The notes under the pieces: model-generated
Seen by the model: the letters and a program-made list of their open reading frames with translations, nothing else
Told to the model about the DNA's origin: nothing
The model's database searches: none
Part shown: positions 121,801 through 134,055 of the stretch, piece after piece
How the letters are laid out: the number at the start of each line of letters is the position of its first letter
Position numbering within the stretch: the stretch's first letter is position 1
Translations under genes and position numbers: made by a program
From: Rhodosorus marinus CCMP1338
Taxonomy: Eukaryota; Plantae; Rhodophyta
Direction: 5' to 3'
Length of the DNA stretch: 248,000 nt
NCBI GenBank assembly: GCA_029953675.1
Contig: JAMWBK010000008.1
Span: forward strand, 1,632,001-1,880,000

Positions 121801-124800
121801 CGTCCTCTTTCGTGTGCGGTAAACCGTCGGTGCTGGTTGACCTCTTTACAGCTGGTGAACTAATGAACTCGGACCTTGGATCCTAGTTCAAGAAGGCCAT
121901 ATTTCAAACGCTGCACAGTACACACTCAAACAAAAATTGTGCATTGGACGGATATGCACTGTTGAACATAAGTGACCAGGCCGCCCCAATCTTGATTACA
122001 CGGAAAGCGCGATAAAAAAGTCTAGCGGGCAACCACATGAAGTACCCATCCTCTGCTCACTGCCACTTGCCTGAAAACGAACGTACTCCTCGGTAACGGC
122101 TTCCAGCAATGGGCGCGCAACCCTATATCTGTCCCATCGCCGCGCAGCTGCTCAGTGCTACGGGTTCTTTGCCGGGAGCCCACCCAGAGTCCAGATTCCC
122201 ATACCCCTTGGAATCTTCCTCCACATTGAGGGACGACGGGAGCGATCTTGTCCCATATTGAAAAGGGCTACTCAACTGAAAGCCCCAAATCGATTCATCG
122301 TAAGTGATTCTCAAACGACTGATCTCGCCGTCCCACGTTCATAGCAGGAGTATTTGGACAACAAAGAACTGTGTGTAAGCCCACACACCGACCTTCCACC
122401 ATTCTCGCACTCGCCCTCTGAGCTCTTCTATCAACCCCTCCATGAGCACGCTTTCACCACTACTGATTGCGTTCCCAAAAGACGACTAAAGCAACGACTA
122501 AGGAATAGCCAAAGATCCGGAAGCAAGAAAAAAGTTCCAGTGCCTTCTACTACTGCGACACCGAAGGCCACTCTCGTTGACAGCCCCCGTCCACGTCGGC
122601 AACTATGGACCAGCCGGCGGAACCCAGAACGTACAACTCCCATGACAAGATTGCTCGCCCTATTCCGTGAAAGATAAAAAACCCAGTCAACAAAAACAGA
122701 TATACAAAAAGACTGTGTAGGGGGCGGGGGAAGGGGTATAGTAGAGTATTGGTAGCCATGTCTCGGCTTCAAAATAATTACAAAAGAAGAAAACCAAATA
122801 GAATTGAGTCTTCCTTATCAAGTCTATCTATTTTCCTATCTCCCCAAAACATCAAAAAAATAATGAATATTATATGGCTCGATGGTGGGATCAAATTGCC
122901 CACCAAATTCTATCGAATCTTATCGTTGGTATCATCAACGACAGAGATCAGCTTTAATGGCCCCCCCAAAAAGACACATTGAGCATCGTGTTCGCTAGAG
123001 AAGATCCTGAAGCACATTCATACTTTTCCCATAAATTTTTTTTGATATAGTAATAAGGAGATTCTGGGAAGCGCATGAAAGAAAACGTCGTATTGGAGAT
123101 GACGGAGAATTAACCAGGGAAACTCGGAGGAGAAAAAAAGGGGCATGCTCCACATGATCGAGTTTTTTAATAATTTGGAGCCATATAATGATATTTGGTG
123201 TAGACATCCAAGGGGGGGGGGGGTGGGGTAGTGTTGTATTGAAGAACCCCTCTCAACACGACATGTGTTTAATGTAGTTAACCAATAATATTATATGACT
123301 TCTTTTTTTTCACTTCGTTTCTTCTTTTTTTTCCAGCTGCACAACTTAATTACTCTCCAAAAAAAAAAAAAAACCCGGTCTGAGACCCGCTGGCGAGCAT
123401 TTACGTTTCCGCACAGTACGTCTGCTGTCTGTCGGGACAAGGTCCCCCGCCGTTCCTTGTTTTTCATATATTGTTTTAGTCAAAGTTCTCTCTTAGACTG
123501 ATTAAGAAATTTTGAGGAAAAATCATACTGACTAGTTGGCGTTTTTTTGGTGTATTATAGAGAAAATTGCTTGCCGACGCATAATAAACGACTAACTAAA
123601 AATAATAGTAAATATTGCCATGGTTTTCTAACGGGTTAAGGATTCCAATTTTTCACTACAAAATGATGGCTTGAGTTTGAGAAAACAATGTCCAAAAGCG
123701 GGGAATTCCATTCTAGGGCCCATAAATATAAATATTTCTGGATGTCCAAAAAAAAAATCCTTTCCGATTTCTGTCCTTTTTTGGCCCCAAAGCTGAGAGT
123801 GACGAAGACTTTGAATCTCAATAAAAAAAGAAGAGGGGCCCTCTTCCGACCTCCTTTCCCATCGCATCCGATCCTTTCGGAAATCTTATGAAAACTGATA
123901 AATGCGCTTCCCTAACGAGGAATCTGAACGGTGAATTGTTTTTAATTGACAAGTACTCATGTTGTTGATAGGAGTGATGACGAAGGCTCGTCGTTCCAGA
124001 TTTCTATTGGTAGATTTCTCCAGCAAAAGGTGAATCTAAAGTATGTTCCCGCCACGTATATTTTTGAACAAAAAAAAGATGAAACTTTTTGCAATGTACA
124101 TTCCTGTTTTGGGGTCGAAAAAAAATGCGACTGAATACAAGTACGCAATAGTAAAAACCCCTGAACAACTACCGACGACGCAGCTTTGAGTACACCCCAT
124201 GCAGCCAAGGGTGGGCGCTCGTTTAAGATTGCTGAAGAATTAAGGAGTGTCTGTAAAACATGCGACCCAGGGGTTGTTTCTTAACAAAAGAAAGAAAAAA
124301 AAGAAGGTGACTATCCCCCCTCTTCCCTCCCCTCATTTCATCAACGTTGAACAGGATTTTCCAACCAAAGCTTCCCCCCTCCTCCAAAAACCCGTTACCC
124401 CCCAAAAAACAAGAAAAAACCTCCCCTCTTGAAACGTTTTGGGGCTTTTCGTTCTATGGGCAAAATCACCTTACCCCCCTCCCGGCGTTGCTAGATAGCA
124501 ATCTTTTTGGTTGTCCTTCCACATTCCGCCACGAAAAAGCCTCTACATTTGTTTTTCCCTTGCGCGAAAATATCACTTGCGTCTTTACCCTCGTCGACAA
124601 CATAGAAAAGTGGAATCCCCGTCAAGCCGAAAAAGGCTTCAAAATATCATAATTAAAGATGGAGTTCTCCTAATCAAGAACAAGATACCTATATTCTAAG
124701 AATTTGACTGCCGAGGAAGAATTTATTTGTTTAGACTAGAGTAGTTGTCCAGTGAATATCCCGAAAATTTTAAAAGTGACTGAATACATGTTTTTATTTT

Positions 124801-125162
124801 ATTATACAGTTTTCTGTGGGCAAGCGTCAGCCAGGCGGCTTAAGCAGAAAACTCATTGAGCGATGTGCACTCTGTGTTCGCAGACACCGCTTTTGAAAGG
124901 AGTGCTTCAAGAGTTGGGAGGGAAGTGAAGGGAAGAGCAGGGGCGGAGGGGGAGACTGTAGGGGATGAAACAGCGAGGTTTTGGAAAGGCGGAAAAAGCC
125001 GAATCGTTTCGAACCGCTACAGGGCGGCTTCTGTTTTGGAGGTTGAGGTAAGGGGCGAGTGCCGCTCGGGGTCGTGAGGGAAGGGTTGGGGGTGAGAGGG
125101 GAGGACCAGAATTGGGATTGAAAGTTTGTAGTTGGTTTGGTCTTGTAATTTTCTTCGTCAAG

Positions 125163-127376
125163 ATGGCGGTGGATTTGTACATGGATCCCACCACGGTCAA
125201 CGTGCTGACCGACCTAATCCTTTTGGTTTTGCAAGTCGCTTGGGTGAAGCTCATGGCATGGCTGACCGCGCTTGACTTGAAGCGGAACCTGAGAAAGGGA
125301 AATCGCCTGTTTTCTTACGAGCACTGGGGTACTGGGGCATACTTGTACTTTGGAATTCGAAAATACAGGAAGCTTTCAAAGAAAAGCGCGTTGACTGCGG
125401 AGGAGCGGCGCCACTTCATGTTCCACTCGTGTATTGCCTTCAGCACAGTTATTTTCACACTGGCCTTGATTTTCCTGCACATACTCATTGATTATGGTCT
125501 GGACTTTAGGCAGATACCGCAGCGTACTGGGACGAGCGCTGCCTACGATATGGTTGGATTCTCCCCTAATTCCGAGTATATCACGCTGCTGAACCAGTAC
125601 CAAAACCTGGGCGAGGATCTTGCCAGCTGTGTGAACGAGGGAAAGAGTCCAGAGGATTGCCGAGACAGCGTAGAAGAGGTCTCAGAGTTTGTCAGAGAGA
125701 AGCTGCGCGAGGGAAGCAGCTTCGTCAAGCAACTGTATGAGGCATCTAGCTTAACCCAAGTGGATGTGATCGAAGAAATGGAAATTTCGTATCAGTGTGC
125801 TGATAGCAATGCGATCAATGAAAAGTTGAATTGCAAGGTTGTCGAGGAAACGACGGACTTTTTCAACGGAGAGTTTCGATACACGCCGGAGAATGCGATC
125901 CACCGCAAGAAGCAACTGAGAATGTTGAAGCTTGACATGCGTGCGAAGCAAGTGGTCGCTGAGAGGGCCCTGGTTCGGAAAGGTGCCCACACTGAGGAAC
126001 TTTTGAATAGGCTCCGTGGCGTGGACAAGGACCTTAGCTACGTGTCCTTTGAAAATTTCAAGGATGAGAGACAGACGGCAACAAAGATCACCGTCGAGAA
126101 AGCTCAGGTTGATTCGTTCGCCAAGGTGGAAGCCAAGTATAGGCTAGCCAGAGTGACCACCGACTCTGGGGTCGTCTACAACGGAAACAAGCAGGGTGTC
126201 AAGTTTAGGCAATTGACTCGGAGCAAATTCGGTCGGAAAGCCGATGAGGACTTTACTTTCAAAACGGTGGTGCAGACGAACGTGGCATGGGACGTGAAAT
126301 CTGGCGTTCACTGCGTTAGTCCTCATTTCCGTTCCAGACGTGATGGCGAGAAGTTCCAGCTGGAAATTTCCTACCAGGGCCAGGAGTGTGGGAAGTACCC
126401 CATTACGGGGAACTTCGACTGGTGTTACGCTGAGGATCTCGCCTACGAAAAGTCCGCAAACGAGGAGGACAAGCCAGAGGAGATCAGATTTGGACGGCAG
126501 AGGGCATTTGGAGTCATTGTGTTGACCGTCGGCGACGAGTGCTACGACGAAGTATACTCAGCCTATCGGCCGTTCATGAACGATGATATCCCGGCTGATC
126601 AGAGGACCTTCACACTCGGCATGAGCTTTGAGGTGCTGTGCACTCCGGAACAAGGTGGCCGAACAATGACCTGTGCCTATGGCAGCACAAGACTTTACTA
126701 CGACGGAGAGAATTTTCTCAACGAGGAACCGCCGGAGGTATCGGAGGAAGACCAGGCTAATGGTATTCGCGAGTTGGATCCAATTAAGGCCAAGGCTGAA
126801 ATATCGTTCCACATGGCTGAGATTGACGGTGGTGATCCGAGCGTCAACCGAGAAGTCATTGCAAACGCGAAGGCCGTGATAAATGAGCAGTATACGGAGC
126901 TCCGTGAGTTCACTGATTTCAGGGTGATGAGAGGGCGTTTGTTTGGGTCCCTGGGACATTTTGCGTTCCGGGATACGATCGCCGCGTATTCCTCTCAGAT
127001 TGCTGCAGTTCAACGTACTGTTGGAACATACGAGCTAGTGAACATTGCGGTGCTTCTTGACGAGTACATCGGAGGTTTCCTGGCGGTAGTGTGCATTACG
127101 GGGGTGGCGCTGTTGCTAGTAATTTACCGGTACTTTGCGGAGAGGTATAAATACAGATACCTCAACTTCCACGTGAAGGTACCGTTGACTATAACGGAGT
127201 GGATTCACACCGCTCTCAACGATGACGACAAATTTACGACGGGATCTGGAGATTTGAATCAGAAGTTGGAGTACACTGGTAACCCAGACACGCTCCGATC
127301 TCACAGGGGTGGGAGCATTGTAGGCTTTTTCAATACGCCGGAGGCGTTGGACAAAACCAAGCATGTTGATGAATAG
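125163..127376 (+). CDS. Uncharacterised membrane protein: N-terminal TMs, large Cys-containing ectodomain, C-terminal TM
   Basis: Intronless ~740-aa ORF; colinear paralog at 130568. Confidence 0.75.
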   Translation: MAVDLYMDPTTVNVLTDLILLVLQVAWVKLMAWLTALDLKRNLRKGNRLFSYEHWGTGAYLYFGIRKYRKLSKKSALTAEERRHFMFHSCIAFSTVIFTLALIFLHILIDYGLDFRQIPQRTGTSAAYDMVGFSPNSEYITLLNQYQNLGEDLASCVNEGKSPEDCRDSVEEVSEFVREKLREGSSFVKQLYEASSLTQVDVIEEMEISYQCADSNAINEKLNCKVVEETTDFFNGEFRYTPENAIHRKKQLRMLKLDMRAKQVVAERALVRKGAHTEELLNRLRGVDKDLSYVSFENFKDERQTATKITVEKAQVDSFAKVEAKYRLARVTTDSGVVYNGNKQGVKFRQLTRSKFGRKADEDFTFKTVVQTNVAWDVKSGVHCVSPHFRSRRDGEKFQLEISYQGQECGKYPITGNFDWCYAEDLAYEKSANEEDKPEEIRFGRQRAFGVIVLTVGDECYDEVYSAYRPFMNDDIPADQRTFTLGMSFEVLCTPEQGGRTMTCAYGSTRLYYDGENFLNEEPPEVSEEDQANGIRELDPIKAKAEISFHMAEIDGGDPSVNREVIANAKAVINEQYTELREFTDFRVMRGRLFGSLGHFAFRDTIAAYSSQIAAVQRTVGTYELVNIAVLLDEYIGGFLAVVCITGVALLLVIYRYFAERYKYRYLNFHVKVPLTITEWIHTALNDDDKFTTGSGDLNQKLEYTGNPDTLRSHRGGSIVGFFNTPEALDKTKHVDE

Positions 127377-130300
127377 GCCACGCCGTTGGAAATTTTTTTA
127401 TACTAGAGTTGTTTGGCAACAGTTTGAACTCGTACGAGTCTCCGAGTTTTCGATATATTCCTTAAAACGTTTTTAATAGACGGAACTCGTAACTCAACTT
127501 AAGGTCCGACTGAACGCCACGTGCATCAAGAAACCTCGCCCAACAAATACGTACGTCGGGCTTGTCGTCCGCTTCCCAGATCGTGACCATTCAGGTGAAA
127601 CGGAGAGCGGTCAAAAGTAAAGGGCTGTAGAATTGACAATAGCTCCCTGGCATTTCTCCGGCGGTCCCGGTTGTGCAGCAGAGCTTTATGTCAAGTAAAC
127701 GAGTGTCCACCTGGTCATCTGAAACACCCCAAATCCATGCTGTGCAGATTTTTTATGAGATTGCTCGATGTGGCTAGGAGACGCCCGCGAATGCCTTGGA
127801 GCACGCTCGCATCTGGCGGGGCCCGCTTGCTCAATCTGAACTATGGTGCTCAACGACGAGCTGAAGTTCATTCACCTGGGGAGGGACTCAGCTAGCTGCG
127901 TTGATGGATGCGATGTCCCTTTCGTCAAATGCGGCAGCCCGCATGACTCCCAGGATTACAACGGGAGCTGCGTTTGTCTCTGACAGACATTGGGTACTAA
128001 AACCCGGCGACCGTAAATTGTGTGTTTTTGGATCGGATCTGTCGCAGCTTCTTTAGGATCAGTTTCCGGATGCTGAGCACGCGTTGACATCGGTAAGCAA
128101 GGACGCCTTCCCCTCGATATCACCACTCCGGTTTTACGTTGTGATGATCTTCTTCAAACTGCGTTATTGGAATACCCCATCAAAACGAGTTCTTTTTGCC
128201 ATGTACAAGAGGACTTGTGCTGTGTCGCTCGTATCAGAGCCAGTCTCCGGGCGCCCCGGTCTCGGCTCCCTCGATGAGGTCAATTTTTGCCCCATTTTGA
128301 CATGGACTTGCTTGAGGAGTGGAAGTCAAAAACACACGCAGTTCTGTAGTCACCCCACTTCAAGGAGTAGAAGGCGCTCATCAACTGCACCGTCATCCTG
128401 TTCAGACTCTGTGCGGGAGAGAGGGAATTGACTCTCTCACCGTCTTCCCCTTCCCACACTGACAATCGACATCCACCCGGATCGTCTCTATCTTCTTCCA
128501 TCAATCAATTCATAGACTCCTCAGTCAAATAAATTGAACATCATTTAGAACAGGTTGACCAAATATAGATATTGAAATTATACATCAAAAAGAAGCAAAA
128601 AACACACAAAAAAAACTAGAAACTGTTCTCTCGTCAGCGCCAACGAAGGAGCCCCACAGGAAGAGACGCGAGAATTGAGGACATCCCAAAACGTCCATTG
128701 CTGGGCACCACCCCCCCTCCCTTCCACAACAGAACGGGATGTGTAGTATGGAGATATCTTCAACGAACAGGATGCGTCAAGACCAAATAATCCCTGTAAT
128801 GTTTTCCAAAAAAACATTTTGCTTTAATAAATGCAAAAACGGAAGAAAAAAGCAAGGATTCGATGGGAGGGGATGAAGGATGAAGCTATCGGTTCCTCAT
128901 GAAGATTATATTGTATGATGGAATATATTTGCTATGTTTAGACCTTGATTGCTACAAGGTAAGGGGGGGAAGGGAGATAGTTTTGGAGAGAAAAATTTCT
129001 GTTGGCGATGATTATGTTCTCTCGAAAAGCAAATAAATATAGTAGCATTTCTCGTAGGTCTTATCACTGAGGGTCGTCACTCGGGTTTCCTCTAATGAAA
129101 TTTAATTATTTGCAATCCGATGAAAACAATCAGTGAGTGATTGTTGATGTCTCTCTTTCTTCTGAAATGGGGTTGGCTGCACTCTGGAATTCACCGCCCT
129201 TCTTACAGCGTCGGGATACCCTGCAAAATCGTTTTTAAGAAATTATTTTCCATTCTAGATGAAAACCCCCACCCCTCGGTAGACCACAAGCTCACCCCAT
129301 CGGGCTAACCTCGAATTCTTGCCTAGCAACCAAAAAAAAACCAGCTATGTCAAAAGTCAAAAGAACTCAAATCGAGGAGAAGGTAAACACAAAAGGACCC
129401 TTTTCTAAGGAAAAACATTATGTAGTGGTCATGAGAACTGAGAATGACTTACCCTTCTCCGTTTAGACTTTGTATCTTCGTCGATTTTCACATCTAAAAG
129501 TTCAGGAAAGCGTTTTTGGGAGATGGAACGCAAAGGCATGGTCCGTGTAAATTTTTAGGTTAAAACAAATACCCTTTGGTAGGCAAAGCGGGACATAGGG
129601 TAGATAGGTTTTTACTACTATTTTTAACATATACGTACATTCCTCTACTCGGCGGGGGGGGGGGTGCAGGAGCTTACACAATCCCAACCATGCCAAAATG
129701 TCATGTTTTTTTGGGCGCGTTTTCTCACACAAGCGATTAGTTGTGAAAGAGGAAAAATCTTTGGATTCTATAAAAACTTAATAAAAACCCAAAAGTAAAA
129801 AAAAATCCATGTTCTGGATGATCGATCGTCTTTTTAGGAGAAAAAAAAAAAGTTTCTTTTTAGAGAGAGAGGTGCACACAGCGGGCAATTGAATGTGAGG
129901 CATAGAAAAACCTCTCCAAAATGAGGAGAAAAAGAAAGAAATCTAACACCCCAAAATCGAGTCTATACGTACCTGAAGTTTCCACAGCGGAAAGACCAGA
130001 AAATTTATAAAATACAATTTGACAACGGACCCAGCCTCTATTTCTTAGGATAACGAATTGGGCGGAGTTTGGAAAGGGGGTGGGGTTTTAAATAGGGGCC
130101 GGGGGTGGTGTAAGGTAGATTGGTAGTTTCTTTTTTTGGATGTTTTTGTTGCACTAAAAAGATGATGGGACGCTGACGATTTGGGGGTCTCCAAATTGTT
130201 GTTAATGGTGTAATTTTTCACTCGTTACGGGGGGTTGGGTTTTTGGGTATGTGGTGTTTTGAGCGGGTCTCGGCTGTCTTGCAAAGACGGGTGACAAAGG

Positions 130301-130567
130301 AATGGTACGGGGAGGGATGTGGGCGAGGGTGTTAAGATAGTGAACTCCTAGATGAGATGGGAAGTGGTGGACTGGTGAGAGGATCTGGTAAAGGTGGGGA
130401 CGGTTTGAGAAGTTGTGAAGGGAAGGTGGTTTTGTAGACCAAAGGTTGGTGAGCCGGCGAACGGCTGAGTGGTGTCGTTCAGGTTTTTTGCTCGGATGAG
130501 TGGGTGTTGAGGGTTTGCGAGCTGACTTGAGGGCAAACAGGCTCAGAGTCTGTGGATTGGAACCGAA

Positions 130568-132769
130568 ATGGCGATTAGGGTAGCGGCGAGTCCCACTATT
130601 GTAAACGTTATCACCGATGCGGTGTTAATTGTTTTGAACTTGTTGTGGTTGAAGTTTATGTCCGTTCTGACCGCTTTGGATCTGAAGAGGGATCTGAGAA
130701 ACGGGGAACGGTTGTTTTCTTATGAGCACCTGGGCACTTTTCACAATCTGCACTACGGTGTGAGTAAGCATAGATATTTGACGAGGGAGAAGATGATGGA
130801 TGATAAGCTGCGTCGACACTTCCGATTGCACACTTTGAAATCAGTGTTCTTGCTTATCGTCGCGATCATGCTTGTTCTCCTCCACATTCTTATTGATTAC
130901 GGACTTGGTTTCGATACGGAGCCGACAGTTTCCAACGAAACAGATATTTACGAAATGATGGGTCTCCAAGCAAACAGCAAGGTCTTCACAAATTTTGAGG
131001 CCTATCGTAGGATGGTTGTCGAAGAGGACTTTTGCGATCATCCTGATGCTCCGTCTACCTGTAATCATGATCAAGTTACAACGCTCATTGCGCGTTTGTG
131101 GGAGCTAAACAGAGAGACGACAGGGTTCGCAAGGACCTTGTACAATTCGCCGTCTATGAGCGACGCTGACTTCCTCGACTACATGGAGGCCGACTATGTG
131201 TCCTTGAGGAAAGATGGGCAGTCTCCAGCGGCCAACGCTTGCCTCATTAGAGACGTAACAGCGCTGGAAAAGTTTGAAGGGAATTTTGCATTCACCGAGG
131301 AGGACTGCCAGATCGATGAGTCGTATGTAACAATGGTCCGGGTTGATGGTCGGGGAAAACCTGTAGTCAACGTAAGATTGTTAGCGCCGAATGCCAAAAT
131401 GCAAGCAATGTATGAGTCTGTTGGCGTGGAGGATGTACTCAGCCAAGTTGCGTACGCTAGTGGCAAGGACGAGAGGCAAGGGGAAACGACCATGTCGATT
131501 AGGAACGTAGATGCGCCCGGAAAGAACCCGAATAATCTTAGCACGATGGCCGTGGAGTTCGACAGTAAGCTTAGTTACGTAGACGGCCAGAAACAGACCT
131601 TCAGCACTGTGCAGTTGACCAGGCGGGGCGAAGGCGTCTTCGCGGATCCAGATTTTGGTTTGCTTATGGAGACGAAAATAGATACCCCTATCCTCGATCG
131701 AGATCCGTGTCTCGCGCTGAACGATGCTCAAGGACGTGGAAGGCTAAATTTGCAACTAAGGGTAACCCACCAAGGGGAATTCTGCGGAGAGTTCCTTCCT
131801 ACGTTTGCTACCCGGACCTGCTCTTCGTACCCCCTGGCAGCTTACGACGAAGTACCAAACGATGGCATAGTTGGCATACAGGTTGCCGGTGTTGTGATAC
131901 TGGTTGACAAGACCAGCAAGTGTGGTAAAGCGGCGTACGAAAAGTACGGAAGCCAAATGGACGAAGATGTTGATGAAGACAGGAATCAATTGTTCTTGAG
132001 TGTGGTCTTGGACATTGCCTGCGTTAGGATAACGGAGCCTGATGCTGAGACCGTTCAGCACAGTTGCGTGTATGGAGCGGATAGTGTGCAGTTCCAAGAC
132101 GGCGAGTGGAAGGCGTTTGAAGACACTACTGGGGATTTAGAGGGTATTGTTCCCATTCCTTTGAGAACCGAGCTCAGCTGGGTGGGTGGATCTGTAAACG
132201 GGGGCTCGTCTACAGAGGTCGCCGCCGTGTTTACGGAGATGAAGAGGAACTTGAATACTTTCTACCCGGAACTCCATTCACAGACAACCTTCAACATGAT
132301 GCGTGGCAAAATTTTCGGTTTGAAAATGCATGAGAGCATGCTCGCAGTGATGGCTACGTTTTCCAGCCAGCTCACCGCAGTGAATCGGGAAATGGGCCTC
132401 ACAGGACAAGAATCTGTGGCCGTGCTGGAGGGACCGTACCTGGGTGGTGTGCTGGCGGTACTGATTATCAGTGGAGTTGCATGCCTGGTTGTTTGTCTCC
132501 GGTATCTGCAAGAATGGTACGAATACCGGAAGCTGGGTGTCCGGGTCAACGTCCCGCTCTCCATAACGGAGTGGGTCGAGGCGGCGCTTACACGAGAGGA
132601 CCTCGAAGATCAAACGCCAGGGGCGGAAGCCGGGGGAACGAAGAAGGACATTGATGGGGTTTACGAGTTGACGGCTAAACGGGTGGATGATCCTACCCAG
132701 CAGGAGTCGCGAAGCTACGTTGCTTTCTCGGAGAACACTCAGCCTTTGGAGAAAAGTGAAAGCAACTAA
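130568..132769 (+). CDS. Uncharacterised membrane protein, paralog of 125163..127376
   Basis: Shared LTALDLKR.LR.G.RLFSYEH.GT, LHILIDYGL, MRG..FG and V.VPL(T/S)ITEW motifs. Confidence 0.78.
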   Translation: MAIRVAASPTIVNVITDAVLIVLNLLWLKFMSVLTALDLKRDLRNGERLFSYEHLGTFHNLHYGVSKHRYLTREKMMDDKLRRHFRLHTLKSVFLLIVAIMLVLLHILIDYGLGFDTEPTVSNETDIYEMMGLQANSKVFTNFEAYRRMVVEEDFCDHPDAPSTCNHDQVTTLIARLWELNRETTGFARTLYNSPSMSDADFLDYMEADYVSLRKDGQSPAANACLIRDVTALEKFEGNFAFTEEDCQIDESYVTMVRVDGRGKPVVNVRLLAPNAKMQAMYESVGVEDVLSQVAYASGKDERQGETTMSIRNVDAPGKNPNNLSTMAVEFDSKLSYVDGQKQTFSTVQLTRRGEGVFADPDFGLLMETKIDTPILDRDPCLALNDAQGRGRLNLQLRVTHQGEFCGEFLPTFATRTCSSYPLAAYDEVPNDGIVGIQVAGVVILVDKTSKCGKAAYEKYGSQMDEDVDEDRNQLFLSVVLDIACVRITEPDAETVQHSCVYGADSVQFQDGEWKAFEDTTGDLEGIVPIPLRTELSWVGGSVNGGSSTEVAAVFTEMKRNLNTFYPELHSQTTFNMMRGKIFGLKMHESMLAVMATFSSQLTAVNREMGLTGQESVAVLEGPYLGGVLAVLIISGVACLVVCLRYLQEWYEYRKLGVRVNVPLSITEWVEAALTREDLEDQTPGAEAGGTKKDIDGVYELTAKRVDDPTQQESRSYVAFSENTQPLEKSESN

Positions 132770-133431
132770 AGTTCTCATCTAGAGTAGTTGCGAGGTGCGG
132801 TGTCTCTTCATCGCGTGTGGAGAGGGGAAGCGTTGATTTTGGCACTGCCTGCGTTGTACATTGTCTGTAGAGCTAGGAAGAGCGGTAGAGCGCAAGCAGA
132901 CTCCCGGTGTTCCGTAGTTTTATTAATATTTTTGTATACGGAAGTAAACTTTAAAAATTAGGAAGAGGTGTGGTCGGGTCGAGCGGTTCCGATGCCGAAA
133001 TCCAAGCCAAGGTGCTTTCTGCAACCCTGACCTCTGTCTTTAGAGTTTTGCCGGGAAACGAATCGCCGTCCTGAAACGTTTTCACAAAGGCCGTGTTCGA
133101 CGCCCTTCGCTGTCTCAAAAACAGCTTCCACCGGGGTTTGGATTCGACCCCTGCCGTATTCCCAAAGCAGTTTCTCTGGGACTCGCTCGCGGGTTCGATT
133201 CGTGGAGGAAAAGTGCGACTGCCTTGCGAGTTGTAGGAGGTTTTGAGCAAGGGTGATGGTCCTACTTCAGCATGGGCACTTTCTTACGAAGCTTGAGGCT
133301 GGTGGACTGTGGAGAAGCAACGCCAGTGATTATGATAAAGGTCTTTTCAAAACCTTTGCTTTTAGTTTTTTGATACAAAGCGCCAGAGCTGACTTACTAC
133401 AACTACGCTTTCAGAGGGAAAGCAACCCACC

Positions 133432-134055
133432 CTAGTTAATTGGAATGGACGTGCTCGGAGCCTCCGAAGGGACGCTCTTGGGGATGGTGATCGTCAGAAT
133501 TCCATCCTTGACGTTGGCAGATATTGCTTCCCTCTGTACACTCTTCGGAAGCGGGAACTGCCGTTTAAATTGTTTTGCCGTCGTCCAACCTACAGATTGC
133601 TCAGCCTTTGGTTTCTCTTCCTCCATGTAGGGGGTGGCCTCTGTCGGCTCAGCCGCAGCCTCAGTCTCCTTGACCTGCGCGGTGCTCTTCTGCATCTTCC
133701 CAGAGGCTACCAGAAAATCGCCAACGATCTCAACGTTGATGTCTTCTTTCGCAAACCCAGGCACTTCCAGTCTAACCACGTACTCTGTATCCTTGTTTAT
133801 GAACTCCCCTCTCGGGGCAGTCCGAAAGCTCCCATCCGAGTACCCGCTCGATGCCATCTCCTGAAACAGCGGGTTCAGGATCTCGTTGAAGAGGGGACTG
133901 GTCCAGAACGCATTGTTCATACGCATGGGGCTCACTCGCATGGGTCTCATCATGCCTCGTCGATAACTAGGACCACATCGACAAGTCGTGTTCACCCTAG
134001 TCACCACGGGACTCCCGACTCCCGCTACACTACCAACAAATCCAACAGAGTTCAT
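133432..134055 (-). CDS. HSP20: Small heat shock protein (HSP20), probably organelle-targeted
   Basis: LEVPGFAKEDINVEI; ANVKDGILTITIPK. Confidence 0.9.
   Translation of the reverse strand: MNSVGFVGSVAGVGSPVVTRVNTTCRCGPSYRRGMMRPMRVSPMRMNNAFWTSPLFNEILNPLFQEMASSGYSDGSFRTAPRGEFINKDTEYVVRLEVPGFAKEDINVEIVGDFLVASGKMQKSTAQVKETEAAAEPTEATPYMEEEKPKAEQSVGWTTAKQFKRQFPLPKSVQREAISANVKDGILTITIPKSVPSEAPSTSIPIN

Noticed and set aside
127500-128510. Gene between the two membrane-protein paralogs
   Set aside because: Coding-like composition but many stops and no recognisable domain
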